Source: Haliotis rufescens (Eukaryota). Taken from it: a DNA stretch of 64,000 nucleotides. Location of the stretch: positions 34,658,001-34,722,000 of the forward strand of contig NW_025963791.1 of NCBI RefSeq assembly GCF_023055435.1. Reading direction: 5' to 3'. This document shows positions 50,197 to 62,481 of this stretch, one piece after another (the first letter of the stretch is position 1; each line of letters starts with the position of its first letter). The notes below the pieces were generated by a model. It worked only from the letters and a program-made list of their open reading frames with translations. It was not told the origin of the DNA and made no database searches. The position numbers were made by a program, and so were the translations under genes.

Positions 50197-50300
50197 GTTC
50201 CACAACGCGATCTTAGCCCTACGACGGTCGTAAGTCAATGTTAAAGAATGGGAGTTACGATCGACTTAGCCCTAAGATCGCTTTGTGGAACGGGGCCCTG
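50197..50300. mobile_element. ~100-bp palindromic MITE family (GTTCCACAAAGCGATCTTAG termini)
   Basis: Inverted termini. Related degraded copies at about 11840-11925, 12025-12200, 20275-20540, 29260-29350, 39240-39340, 59424-59515. Confidence 0.7.
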
Positions 50301-50554
50301 ATTATATTTTTGGGTTTGTCAGCACCATACCCACAACTGGTTTCACACAGCGGTGAAGCTGTGAGGTCCACATCACCGTGTGTTGATGCCGACACGGCGT
50401 GATGTAGCTGAAATACTCTTAAAAGCAGAGTAAACAAAACTAACTCACCCCAAGGCGAAAACAAACGATAACAACAAATGTGGTATCATTGTTATCACAC
50501 TAGAACCCGCTACAGCTGTCTGAGAGTAATCAAGTTGGTCAGGAAAGTACTCAC

Positions 50555-50760
50555 CATAGAAAACTGTAATCCCTCACTCCAAAGATCGACAAGCACTGTC
50601 ACTGACGTCCAACGTTGACAAATTATCATTTGTTGGGTGTGAGAAGGTGTTGACGAAGTCAGTTAGTGAAGTTTGTTAGACTCTGTCAATGGCCATCTCA
50701 GCAGCAGACGCTCAGTCATAACGTTCCTCGCCAAATAGCGCCACAGTGAAAACACTACCC
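50555..50760 (-). other. Candidate non-coding first exon of the BCAP-like gene
   Basis: ATG|GTGAGT donor below 50555 in unique, relatively CpG-retaining sequence just downstream of a promoter-motif cluster. Confidence 0.45.
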
Positions 50761-50910
50761 TGTTCGGCTGAACGAGACCACTGTCAACTACAACAATAAA
50801 CACAAGAAGGTGAAGTCCCTAAATTTCCACACGTGTGTCTCGCCTTGACAGATTTACTTCCGGAATGAACGAGCCAATCGTTTACACAGCCGCGGTAACA
50901 CGGGCAAGTT
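50760..50910 (-). promoter_or_regulatory. Candidate promoter: E-box CACGTG (50830-50835), ETS CCGGAAGT (50856-50863), CCAAT (50874-50878)
   Basis: Three canonical core motifs within 50 bp, between the 3' end of the upstream gene and the candidate first exon. Confidence 0.45.
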
Positions 50911-51125
50911 TGTCGGACACGATTATCGTATGAAGTCGTATCAGTCTACTTGATAAACCACCCCCTGTTGATAGTGGATAAAAGAGTATTATGAATGTGA
51001 AACTGAGCCCTAGTTTTGTTAATCTATATATAATACTGATATTGGCAGATATTAGACGCAGATAGAGAGTGGCTATAAACAGCTCGCATGTCACAGGGTG
51101 ATAAATGGGGATTATATAGAGTATC

Positions 51126-51262
51126 TCACCCTCGTGTCTTTTGATATCAAATATATCGACACGAGTTGATAAAAGTGGGAAAACTTCCGAGGCTTGCCGA
51201 GGATTATTGACACTTTTATCAACGAGTGTTGATATATTTGATATCAAAAGACACGAGGGTGA
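51126..51262. repeat. Inverted repeat, 52-bp arms (49/52), 33-bp spacer
   Basis: Arms at 51126-51177 and 51211-51262. Confidence 0.9.
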
Positions 51263-51877
51263 TATTTTATTTATCATCCAACATCATTCTTCCAACTTTT
51301 TCAGTTTGTAGGCAGTAATAAGCAGTGTCTTATGTGTAAAAAGTACTGCTAACACCTTCAGTAGCAGAGCCATTAGTGATGTCATTTGATTGTGACGTCA
51401 TGGTAACAATGACGTCACAATGGTCCGCAAAGCATTGTGATGCAATTCCATTGCAGCGATAACTACAGTGTAGATATCACTTGATCTCACCCAAGCCATA
51501 TCTCCTGTGAGAGCCAGTTTTGGATGATAAATTAAGTACCGCTCTCCTTCGAAAAAAAAGGTATTCTGAGTTTCGGTACGATACAGACCAATTAATGACT
51601 ATATTATAGTTGTATTTTCAACACTTTAAAAGTAATGTCTTCTACTTTGAAAACCTCTCCCTGAAGCAAATGGGGTCAACATGACGTCAACTATGAAACT
51701 CTGTGACGTCATTGTTATTGTAGCGTCATAAACTATTTGTCAACAATAATGTGTGTATAATTTCAACAGTGGTACCGGCAATACGTCATCAGTGTTGTGC
51801 TAGGGAAATAATTATTACTCATGTGCTTTATAAATATGGAAATTATTGATTCACATATTGTGAACCATATTATATTT

Positions 51878-52020
51878 TCTTATACCGTTGTCCTTGCTTG
51901 ACAACGGTAGAAGGATCTATACCGAAACGTCACCATTACAGTTTGATAAAGAAGTTGTTATCCATAAATTTTTGTCTACTTTGTCATCCGTCAACTTCTA
52001 AGATATGCCGACCAACAATT
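51878..52020 (+). mobile_element. Penelope-like terminal repeat remnant; related inverted pair at 19885-20085
   Basis: CTTGACAACGGTA...TACCGAAACGTC motif followed by ATAAA and TGTCTACTTTGTCATCCGT, with a short inverted duplication at its 5' side in both loci. Confidence 0.55.
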
Positions 52021-52523
52021 CATTCTTGACGTTCATATCTACAAATATACATACCGACAAATTGTTGTCCTTCTTATACTCCACTCTTAAGTCCATTAGC
52101 TGTTTACAATCGGTAATTGCATCAAGTCAGTATTAAATAAGCATCCACAAAAATAGTTGCCTCGCTGCAATCGGATTTATTCGCTGATACCAGCAGTCAC
52201 AGTTTAGCCGCAGGCCGGGAACGTACAAACAAACGCAACATGTAAAGTTATGACGGTCTTATGCGTACAATCGACGCAATCATTCACGGGGCGGGATAAT
52301 CCATCAGAAACCATCGCAAGCATCCATTACTTCATCCAATCTCATACATTCTACTCTTCTCCATTTGTTCCGAAATTCCTAGACACTCTCCTTGCGTACT
52401 AATTAGCTTCGAGCCACTCTCCGCCGTGTTCCATGATGTCGATGACGCCGCAACTGTCGCTGATGTCACGTACAAGCGGCGTCCTCGAGGTCCGGCGTTC
52501 TGCTGCTGTCTGTTTAGACAAAG

Positions 52524-52619
52524 TCACGTACAGCACTTCTGTTTGTATCTGGACGGAGGTTGTACAATGTAGTCGTTTGACGGCGACAGAAGAGAGCAGA
52601 GGGTTAACGGGGGTTGACC
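52524..52619 (-). CDS. Probable last coding exon of an unidentified upstream gene (GQPPLTLCSLLSPSNDYIVQPPSRYKQKCCT*, if phase 0)
   Basis: tttcag acceptor at 52620-52621, GC-richer sequence, minus-strand AATAAA at 52176-52181. The frame is inferred from the candidate exon at 54406-54458. Confidence 0.45.
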   Translation of the reverse strand, partial: GQPPLTLCSLLSPSNDYIVQPPSRYKQKCCT

Positions 52620-52671
52620 CTGAAATTGGTAATTCATCACCTTGATGGCATGCCTGGCAATGATGTCACGA

Positions 52672-52800
52672 GGATTCTGTGATGAATTGTAGGGGTTGAT
52701 GTCGTGCGACCCTGTGATGAATTGTTTCGGTTGATACCACGTGACTCTGTGATGAATTGTTTCGGTTGATACCATGTGACTCTGTGATGAATTGTTTGGG
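52672..52800. repeat. 35-bp tandem repeat (CTGTGATGAATTGT core)
   Basis: About 4 units. Confidence 0.8.
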
Positions 52801-52891
52801 TAGAATTCACGTGGCAATTACGCAGAGACATTTTAATATATGTGTGCACGTGGATATACGTATGTATGCTGACTTGAGATTAATCAAATTA

Positions 52892-53305
52892 CCGTAAATC
52901 ATTGAATAGACGTCGTGGCGTCTATTTATTTCATAGACGTCTTACATTCGGCGTCTATCAAAGGCAAGCATCCTATTAAGGTAAACACTTTTAAGTTTCA
53001 TAAAGATGGGGCATGTCGTTTGAATAAAAAAACAATCTCATTAGAATGAGATGTTAGTGCTCTCTAGTGCTTGTGTAGCGATAGCAAACACTAAGATCTC
53101 ATTTTTTTTTAGATTGAATAAAACGTGTGTGGATTGCATTTTTTTATAATAACGGTTTTCGTTTCAGTATCACTTTACTTAGTACCTAAAGCAATGTCTG
53201 TCTAGATGTTTTGACCCGGCGTCTTTTCGAGGCAGGGGTTTATTCATTTAGCAAGTCTCAGAACCGGCTTGAACTCAAGTCAGGCGTCTATTGAACTATT
53301 TACGG
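52892..53305. mobile_element. TA-flanked MITE with CCGTAAAT termini
   Basis: TA CCGTAAAT...AATAGACG / CGTCTATT...ATTTACGG TA, with repeated GGCGTCTAT subterminal motifs. Confidence 0.75.
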
Positions 53306-53673
53306 TAGAGTGAAATAAGTCCATCGGTCCAGAGAACAATGAAACCTCGTTACTCGATGATAACCATAATTGCATGTCGAGATATCCGTGTTTCGAGACA
53401 TTATCGATTTATCGAGATGACGAAGTTCGAGTAAAAGAGGTTTCCCTTTAACAAAGCTCGTAGATTCAATAAGACAAATGCTTCAGATTCTATATGATGC
53501 TTTGACTCTTGTTTTAAAGTGATCGAAATTTGTTGCGAAAATCTGGTCGAATTTCACGACATTATTTATAACAACATTCGAATCTGTTCCGAGGATTAGC
53601 AAAATAATTATTATCAATCTCCGAATACTCAAAATCCTCTTTAAACTGAAATGAATATATTCCTGGACAAGTC

Positions 53674-53752
53674 CATCTTCCCGAGGCAAGGGAGTTAACT
53701 ATGTGGAAACTCGACTTTCATAGTCAGTTAATGCCCTTGCCTCGTGAAGATG
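53674..53752. mobile_element. 79-bp minimal member of the CATCTTCC family
   Basis: Two TIRs only. Perfect TSD GGACAAGTC. Confidence 0.88.
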
Positions 53753-53993
53753 GGACAAGTCACAACATACACTTTTGTAAGTGGTAATATTCTTAAACAG
53801 CCCTTGATTCAGAGAGCCAGTTACACATTAATATAATCTTTTTATCCCTGGGTATTCCTTGATAAAGGTACACAAAATATCGCATTGTATATCTGTCCTG
53901 CTTTTTTCAAAATCATCTAACCGAAAGACAGAATTGTTTTATTACATGTGACAAATAAACTCGAAAAGAAACTCGTTTATTCGAACTTTGATG

Positions 53994-54231
53994 TAAGGAC
54001 CTAGATACCGGGTGTGTGAGTAACGGCGACCGAGAACACGAGGGTGTTTCATCATGTTATAAACGCAACAGTATAAGGACCTAGATACCGGGTGTGTGGG
54101 TAACGGCGACCGAGAACACGAGGGTGTTTCATCATGTTATAAACGCAACAGTATAAGGACCTAGATACCGGGTGTGTGAGTAACGGCGACCGAGAACACG
54201 AGGGTGTTTCATCATGTTTTAAACGCAACAA
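53994..54231. repeat. 80-bp tandem triplication
   Basis: TAAGGACCTAGATACCGGG at 53994, 54074 and 54154; the units are near identical. Confidence 0.95.
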
Positions 54232-54405
54232 GTTTCACACAGATGAGCTGACAGGGATGAGAAAAAGTGGTTCATTTTTCTTTGCAAATACACGAAACGC
54301 GGACAGCGTACTTCGTTTTTCGACACGTTAAAAGATAACAAAAACTTGTCAGTTAAACGTAGTTTAGGAATGTGTAACTATTATGCTGGCACTGTGATCC
54401 TGTAC

Positions 54406-54458
54406 CTTGTCCATGTGTACATCCTGTAGCGGTGAGAACAGGTTCACTGACCCGGCAA
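54406..54458 (-). CDS. Candidate internal exon of the upstream gene (AGSVNLFSPLQDVHMDK)
   Basis: ttatag acceptor, AAG|GTACAG donor, 53 nt, phase 1 to 0. Confidence 0.4.
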
Positions 54459-54554
54459 CTATAATCACGATGTTTTGCAAAAGGAATAGTATCGAATATT
54501 GCGACACATGAACAACATACTTATTTTTACCATTGAACCACGAATTCAAATGCT

Positions 54555-57500
54555 TCTACTACCACTGCTAAACCGATACTTGGACTACCACTGCTAAACC
54601 GATACCCGGACTACCACTGCTAAACTGACACCCGGACTACCACTGCTAAACTGATACCCGAACTACCACTGCTAAACTGATACCCAGAGTACCGTTGCTA
54701 AACTGATACCCGGACTACCACTGCTAAACTGATACCCAGAGTACCGTTGCTAAACTGATACCCGGACTACCACTGCTAAACTGATACCCGGACTGCCACT
54801 GCTAAACTGATACCCGGACTACCACTGCTAAACTGATACCCGGACTACCACTGCTAAACTGATACCCGGACTACCACTGCTAAACTGATACCCAGCGTAC
54901 CACTGCTAAACTGGTACTTCTACTACCACTGCTAAATTGGTACTTCTACTACCACTGCTAAACTGGTACTTCTACTACCACTGCTAAATTGGTACTTCTA
55001 CTATCACTGCTAAACTGGTACTTCTACTACCACTGCTAAACTGGAACTTCTACCATCACTGCTAAACTGGTACTTCTACTATCACTGCTAAACTGGAACT
55101 TCTACTACCACTGCTAAACTGGTACTTCTACTATCACTGCTAAACTGGAACTTCTACCATCACTGCTAAACTGGTACTTCTACTATCACTGCTAAACTGG
55201 TACTTCTACTACCACTGCTAAACCGGTACTTCTACTATCACTGCTAAACTGGTACTTCTACTATCACTGCTAAACTGGAACTTCTACTATCACTGCTAAA
55301 CTGGTACTTCTACTATCACTGCTAAACTGGTACTTCTACTACCACTGCTAAACTGGAACTTCTACTACCACTGCTAAACTGGTACTTCTACTATCACTGC
55401 TAAACTGGTACTTCTACTATCACTGCTAAACTGGAACTTCTACCATCACTGCTAAACTGGTACTTCTACTATCACTGCTAAACTGGAACTTCTACTACCA
55501 CTGCTAAACTGGTACTTCTACTATCACTGCTAAATTGGTACTTCTACTACCACTGCTAAACTGGTACTTCTACTACCACTGCTAAACTGGTACTTCTACT
55601 ATCACTGCTAAACTGGTAATTCTACTACCACTGCTAAACTGGTAATTCTACTACCACTGCTAAACTTGAACTTCTACTACCACTGCTAAACTGGTACTTC
55701 TACTATCACTGCTTAACTGGTACTTCTACTATCACTGCTAAACTGGAACTTCTACTACCACTGCTAAACTGGTACTTCTACTACCACTGCTAAACTGGTA
55801 CTTCTACTACCACTGCTAAACTGGTACTTCTACTACCACTGCTAAACTGGAACTTCTACCATCACTGCTAAACTGGTACTTCTACTATCACTGCTAAACT
55901 GGTACTTCTACTACCACTGCTAAACTGGTAATTCTACTACCACTGCTAAACTTGAACTTCTACTACCACTGCTAAACTGGTACTTCTACTATCACTGCTA
56001 AACTGGTACTTCTACTATCACTGCTAAACTGGAACTTCTACTATCACTGCTAAACTGGAACTTCTACTATCACTGCTAAACTGGAACTTCTACTACCACT
56101 GCTAAATTGGTACTTCTACTACCACTGCTAAACTGGTACTTCTACTACCACTGCTAAACTGGTACTTCTACTACCACTGCTAAACTGGAACTTCTACTAC
56201 CACTGCTAAACTGGTACTTCTACTATCACTGCTAAACTGGTACTTCTACTATCACTGCTAAACTGGAACTTCTACTATCACTGCTAAACTGGAACTTCTA
56301 CTATCACTGCTAAACTGGAACTTCTACTACCACTGCTAAATTGGTACTTCTACTACCACTGCTAAACTGGTAATTCTACTACCACTGCTAAATTGGTACT
56401 TCTACTATCACTGCTAAACTGGTAATTCTACTACCACTGCTAAACTGATACCCTGACTACCACTGCTAAACTGGAACTTCTACTACCACTGCTAAATTGG
56501 TACTTCTACTACCACTGCTAAACTGGTAATTCTACTACCACTGCTAAATTGGTACTTCTACTATCACTGCTAAACTGGTAATTCTACTACCACTGCTAAA
56601 CTGATACCCTGACTACCACTGCTAAACTGGTACTTCTACTACCACTGCTAAATTGGTACTTCTACTACGACTGCTAAACTGGTACTTCTACTACCACTGC
56701 TAAACTCGAACTTCTACTACCACTGCTAAACTGGTACTTCTACTTCCACTGCTACACTGGTACTTCTACTTCCACTGCTAAACTGGAACTTCTACTATCA
56801 CTGCTAAACTCGAACTTCTACTACCACTGCTAAACTGGTACTTCTACTTCCACTGCTACACTGGTACTTCTACTTCCACTGCTACACTGGTACTTCTACT
56901 TCCACTGCTAAACTGGTACTTCTACTTCCACTGCTTCACTGGTACTTCTACTTCCACTGCTAAACTGGTACTTCTACTTCCACTGCTAAACTGGAACTTC
57001 TACTATCACTGCTAAACTCGAACTTCTACTTCCACTGCTAAACTGGTACTTCTACTTCCACTGCTAAACTCGAACTTCTACTTCCACTGCTAAACTGGTA
57101 CTTCTACTATCACTGCTACACTGGTACTTCTACTATCACTGCTAAACTGGTACTTCTACTATCACTGCTACACTGGTACTTCTACTATCACTGCTAAACT
57201 GGTACTTCTACTTCCACTGCTACACTGGTACTTCTACTATCACTGCTAAACTGGTACTTCTACTACCACTGCTAAACTGGTACTTCTACTTCCACTGCTA
57301 AACTGATACCCAGCGTACCACTGCTAAACTGGTACTTCTATTTCCACTGCTAAACTGGTACTTCTACTACCACTGCTAAACTGGTACTTCTACTACCACT
57401 GCTAAACTGGTACTTCTACTTCCACTGCTAAACTGATACCCAGCGTACCACTGCTAAACTGGTACTTCTATTTCCACTGCTAAACTGGTACTTCTACTAC

Positions 57501-59200
57501 CACTGCTAAACTGGTACTTCTACTACCACTGCTAAACTGGTACTTCTACTTCCACTGCTAAACTGATACCCAGCGTACCACTGCTAAACTGGTACTTCTA
57601 TTTCCACTGCTAAACTGGTACTTCTACTATCACTGCTACACTGGTACTTCTACTACCACTGCTAAACTGGTACTTCTACTACCACTGCTAAACTGGTACT
57701 TCTACTTCCACTGCTACACTGGTACTTCTACTTCCACTGCTACACTGGTACTTCTACTACCACTGCTAAACTGGTACTTCTACTACCACTGCTAAACTGG
57801 TACTTCTACTACCACTGCTAAACTGGTACTTCTACTTCCACTGCTACACTGGTACTTCTACTTCCACTGCTACACTGGTACTTCTACTTCCACTGCTAAA
57901 CTGGTACTTCTACTTCCACTGCTTCACTGGTACTTCTACTTCCACTGCTAAACTGGTACTTCTACTTCCACTGCTAAACTGGAACTTCTACTATCACTGC
58001 TAAACTCGAACTTCTACTTCCACTGCTAAACTGGTACTTCTACTTCCACTGCTAAACTCGAACTTCTACTTCCACTGCTAAACTGGTACTTCTACTATCA
58101 CTGCTACACTGGTACTTCTACTATCACTGCTACACTGGTACTTCTACTATCACTGCTACACTGGTACTTCTACTATCACTGCTAAACTGGTACTTCTACT
58201 TCCACTGCTAAACTGGTACTTCTACTATCACTGCTACACTGGTACTTCTACTATCACTGCTAAACTGGTACTTCTACTTCCACTGCTAAACTGGTACTTC
58301 TACTATCACTGCTACACTGGTACTTCTACTATCACTGCTAAACTGGTACTTCTACTATCACTGCTACACTGGTACTTCTACTATCACTGCTACACTGGTA
58401 CTTCTACTATCACTGCTAAACTGGTACTTCTACTATCACTGCTAAACTGGTACTTCTACTTCCACTGCTAAACTGGTACTTCTACTATCACTGCTACACT
58501 GGTACTTCTACTATCACTGCTAAACTGGTACTTCTACTATCACTGCTACACTGGTACTTCTACTATCACTGCTACACTGGTACTTCTACTATCACTGCTA
58601 AACTGGTACTTCTACTTCCACTGCTAAACTGATACCCAGCGTACCACTGCTAAACTGGTACTTCTATTTCCACTGCTAAACTGGTACTTCTACTACCACT
58701 GCTAAACTGGTACTTCTACTACCACTGCTAAACTGGTACTTCTACTTCCACTGCTAAACTGATACCCAGCGTACCACTGCTAAACTGGTACTTCTACTAC
58801 CACTGCTAAACTGGTACTTCTACTACCACTGCTAAACTGGTACTTCTACTTCCACTGCTAAACTGATACCCAGCGTACCACTGCTAAACTGGTACTTCTA
58901 CTATCACTGCTACACTGGTACTTCTACTATCACTGCTAAACTGGTACTTCTACTATCACTGCTACACTGGTACTTCTACTTCCACTGCTACACTGGTACT
59001 TCTACTACCACTGCTAAACTGGTACTTCTATTTCCACTGCTAAACTGGTACTTCTACTACCACTGCTAAACTGGTACTTCTACTACCACTGCTAAACTGG
59101 TACTTCTACTTCCACTGCTAAACTGGTACTTCTACTATCACTGCTAAACTGATACCCAGCGTACCACTGCTAAACTGGTACTTCTATTTCCACTGCTAAA
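54555..59200. repeat. Satellite array, 26-bp CTACTACCACTGCTAAACTGGTACTT, ~4.65 kb
   Basis: About 178 units with regional variant clusters. Confidence 0.98.
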
Positions 59201-59924
59201 CAAGCACAATACAATTATACAACCGACGTTCAATGAGATTTACACTATGGATATGAGGAAACGTTTCCCTAAAATAAAATAGGCTTAAGAAGTTGCTGTA
59301 TTGTTGTTTAACGCCGCACTCAGCAATATTCCAGATATATGACAGCGGCCTGGATCAGAGAAGTCAGTCACTGATCTTGTGAACAACTGTCCAGTCCTTT
59401 GGGTACGATGACACTACACTTCTGGCCCCGTTCCACAAAGCGATCTTACCAATCCCACTCTTTAGCATAGGATTACGACATTGGTAGTGTTAAGATTGCT
59501 TTGTGGAATGGGGCACTTACTTGGTTTGTTTGTTTATTGTTTAACGCCGCACTCAGCAATATTCAAGCTATATGACGGCGGTCTGTAAATAATCGAGTCT
59601 GGACCAGACAATCCAGTGATTGACATCATGAGCATCGATCCACGCAATTGGGATACGATGACATACATCAACCAAGCCAGCGAACCTGACCACACGATCC
59701 TGTTAGTCGCCTTTAACAATAAGCATGGGTTGCTGAAGACCTATTCTACTCCGGATCTTCACGGGTACCCTTACTCAATGGCTTGGTTAACATGTCACCT
59801 ATCACCGATCCATCTAGTCGCCTCTACGCACAGCATAGGTTGCTGGGGGCCAATTCTAATCCTGAACCCCGACATGGGGACAGGTGTAGTACAGTGGAAC
59901 ATGTACCAGATCACATATTACATA

Positions 59925-61190
59925 CGAGGGCTGGTCATAAGGTTCTAAACATCACCAACTTTCAACTAAGGGCAAAAACAAAGGGATCTAGTCAATGTAG
60001 TACATTGTTTGAGTGGTAAATTGCAAGTGTATTTGGTCTTTTGAATCCGTTTGTATATTAATGACATCGAACTGAACGCGATAGAGGCCCAATATTGACA
60101 CAGAAATGGAGAAGAACCGAGCAGTCATCAAGATTTTGACTTTAGAGAAAAGTACTTCCTAAGAAATTCATGACAGCATGACACAAGTGTATGGGGATAA
60201 GCGTCTTAGCTATTCCACTGTTAAACGTTGGGCAGCTATGTTTAAGGCTGGGAGAACAAGCCCTGATGATGACCCTAGATCTGGACGTCCATCAACTTCC
60301 ATCAATGAAGATTCAATCAAGGAGATAGAACAACCTAAACTGTTATATAGACGTATTGCCTTTGCTGAACTTGAGGAAGACACAGGTCTTAGCCTCGGAT
60401 CCATTGAAACTATTATCCATGAACATTCACATACGAATAACGTATCCGCTCGTTGGGTGCCAGATTATCTAAATTCTGATCTTAAGGATTAAAGAACTGA
60501 CACTGCCAGAGAAAAAAAAGAGCTAATTGAGGAGGATGTCGCCAAATTCAAAAAGAGATTAGTAACAGATGATGAAATATGGATCTACCACTATGATCCC
60601 GAATCACAACTTCAATCCATGGAATGGCACCATTCCACTTCTCGGACACCAGAGAAAGTCTTCAAGATCAGTGAAAAAAGTTAGGGCCACTGTAGTCTTG
60701 GATACAAAAGGTGTGATCCTTGTTGATTACTCAGAAAGCCCAAGGACGATTACCGGTGCCTACTATGCTGATTTGCTTCATCGCCTGAGAGATTCTATCA
60801 AAGAATAGCGCCGAGGAATGCTGACTGCTGGAGTTCTACTACTTCTTGACTATGCCTCTTCTCACAGCTCTCGACTCGCACAGTCTGCAGTGCGTCAATG
60901 TGGGTTGGAAGAGCTTCCTAACCCTCCATACTGATTTCCACCCGTTTCCTAAACTGTAAGAACACTTTCGTAGTGAGCGCTATGACGATAACAATGACCA
61001 CAAAGCTGTCGTGAATGGGTCTTTCAGGGTGGCTTCAGAAAGCCTCTTCTTGACTGGAATTGAAAAGCTTCACAATCGATGTGAGAAGTGTATTGAAAAG
61101 CTGAGAGACTATGTTGAAAAGTAAAATTTAAAACTCTTTCACAATTGTTGGTTTTGTTTGTTAGGCTTAGAACTTTTTGACCAGCCCTCG
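59925..61190 (+). mobile_element. Full-length (1266 bp) defective mariner transposon
   Basis: TA TSDs and TIRs CGAGGGCTGGTCA(T/A)AA(G/A)GTTCTAA. The transposase relic includes DDPRSGRP, ARWVP, VTDDEIWIYHYDPE and ends YVEK*. Confidence 0.95.
60106..61124 (+). pseudogene. Mariner (DD34D-type) transposase pseudogene
   Basis: Multiple stops and frameshifts. The YSPDL motif region is deleted after PPY (about 60925). Confidence 0.92.
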
Positions 61191-62481
61191 TACAACGAAT
61201 ATCATTAGGAGCTTCAGAGATTCACTCATTCACTGTACAGGTAACAGTATACTACCGTCATTATAAGTCAGTTCATGAAAGTAAGTATCCGTATTTTGAA
61301 GTTTGAATGGTAAATACAATTTGACGTTAGTTACAAAATCACTTCTTTTTTTTATCAAATATTCGTGTTATTATGAGACGACCTTAAGTGTCAGAGTAAC
61401 ACGAGTGTCAAGTGGAACTTGGCTGTCACTTCACGTCGTTGAAACCAACTTTCTCAGTCTGTCATTAAAACAGTTATTTATTATTATGTATAAATTGTAC
61501 AGTTAATTATGACTAACACCCTTCTTACACAGAGACAATTTCACAATGTCACACAAACCGCTAATTTCAACGTCTAGACGCAGGCTGAAGGCCCACCACA
61601 GCACAGTCGCCCTTTAATGGACTTGACCCGCTGATCTTTGCCTTCTCCTATCTATGCCTGGATGTTACTGTCGTGGAGATCGGTGTCATGTCATAGGTAA
61701 CCGTCATACATGACAAGGAAGTGTTCTGGTGAAGATAAACAAAATCGAATAGATTGAAGAAGACACGTCCGTGATTTGGTAGGCAGCCAGACAATCTAAA
61801 ATCGATCGTACTTGCACAAACATTCCAACACTCTTCGCCCGACGCACGATTTCATAAACATTCTTCTGTTGAGACATTGCTACCAGGAAGTTTTCCCTAA
61901 AATACGTTTAATAGCATAACAAACGAATCATATTTCTGTGGGATATTAAAGTGTTACTAGGGTAATGAAATGTTCCTGGTAACCGTTTCTATGATATAGT
62001 GATATATGTTGGTTATATACAAGCAATCCTTTGTTCGTGGCCATGATTACACCGCAACGACAAGTGTTGGGTCGATGTGGTAGCTCGATATAAAATCATT
62101 ACTTTTTCTTATGCCCATTAACCGCAAACAGAACAGGCAATAGGTTGTATGTTGTTCATGTGACTATTGAAGGTTTTCCGTGACATACGCACACAGCTTG
62201 TCGTGATGGCTGACTGGGTTCGGGGTTTTTTCATCCAAAGATCATTATGTTGACTACGACTCGTGTTTATACAGTGCCGGGAAAAAGAATGTATATCAAA
62301 ACGATTCTCGGCTGAAAACAGTCACCGAAACACTGCAAACGTTTAGGTCCAAAACACAACTATGATACCCGTATCAAATACATGTAATCGAATAACCATT
62401 TCTTTTTTTCTTTCTTTTTTTACAACCATCAAACATGGGTGTATATCTTCTTTGCCAGGCAATTCATGCTGTATTAACTAG

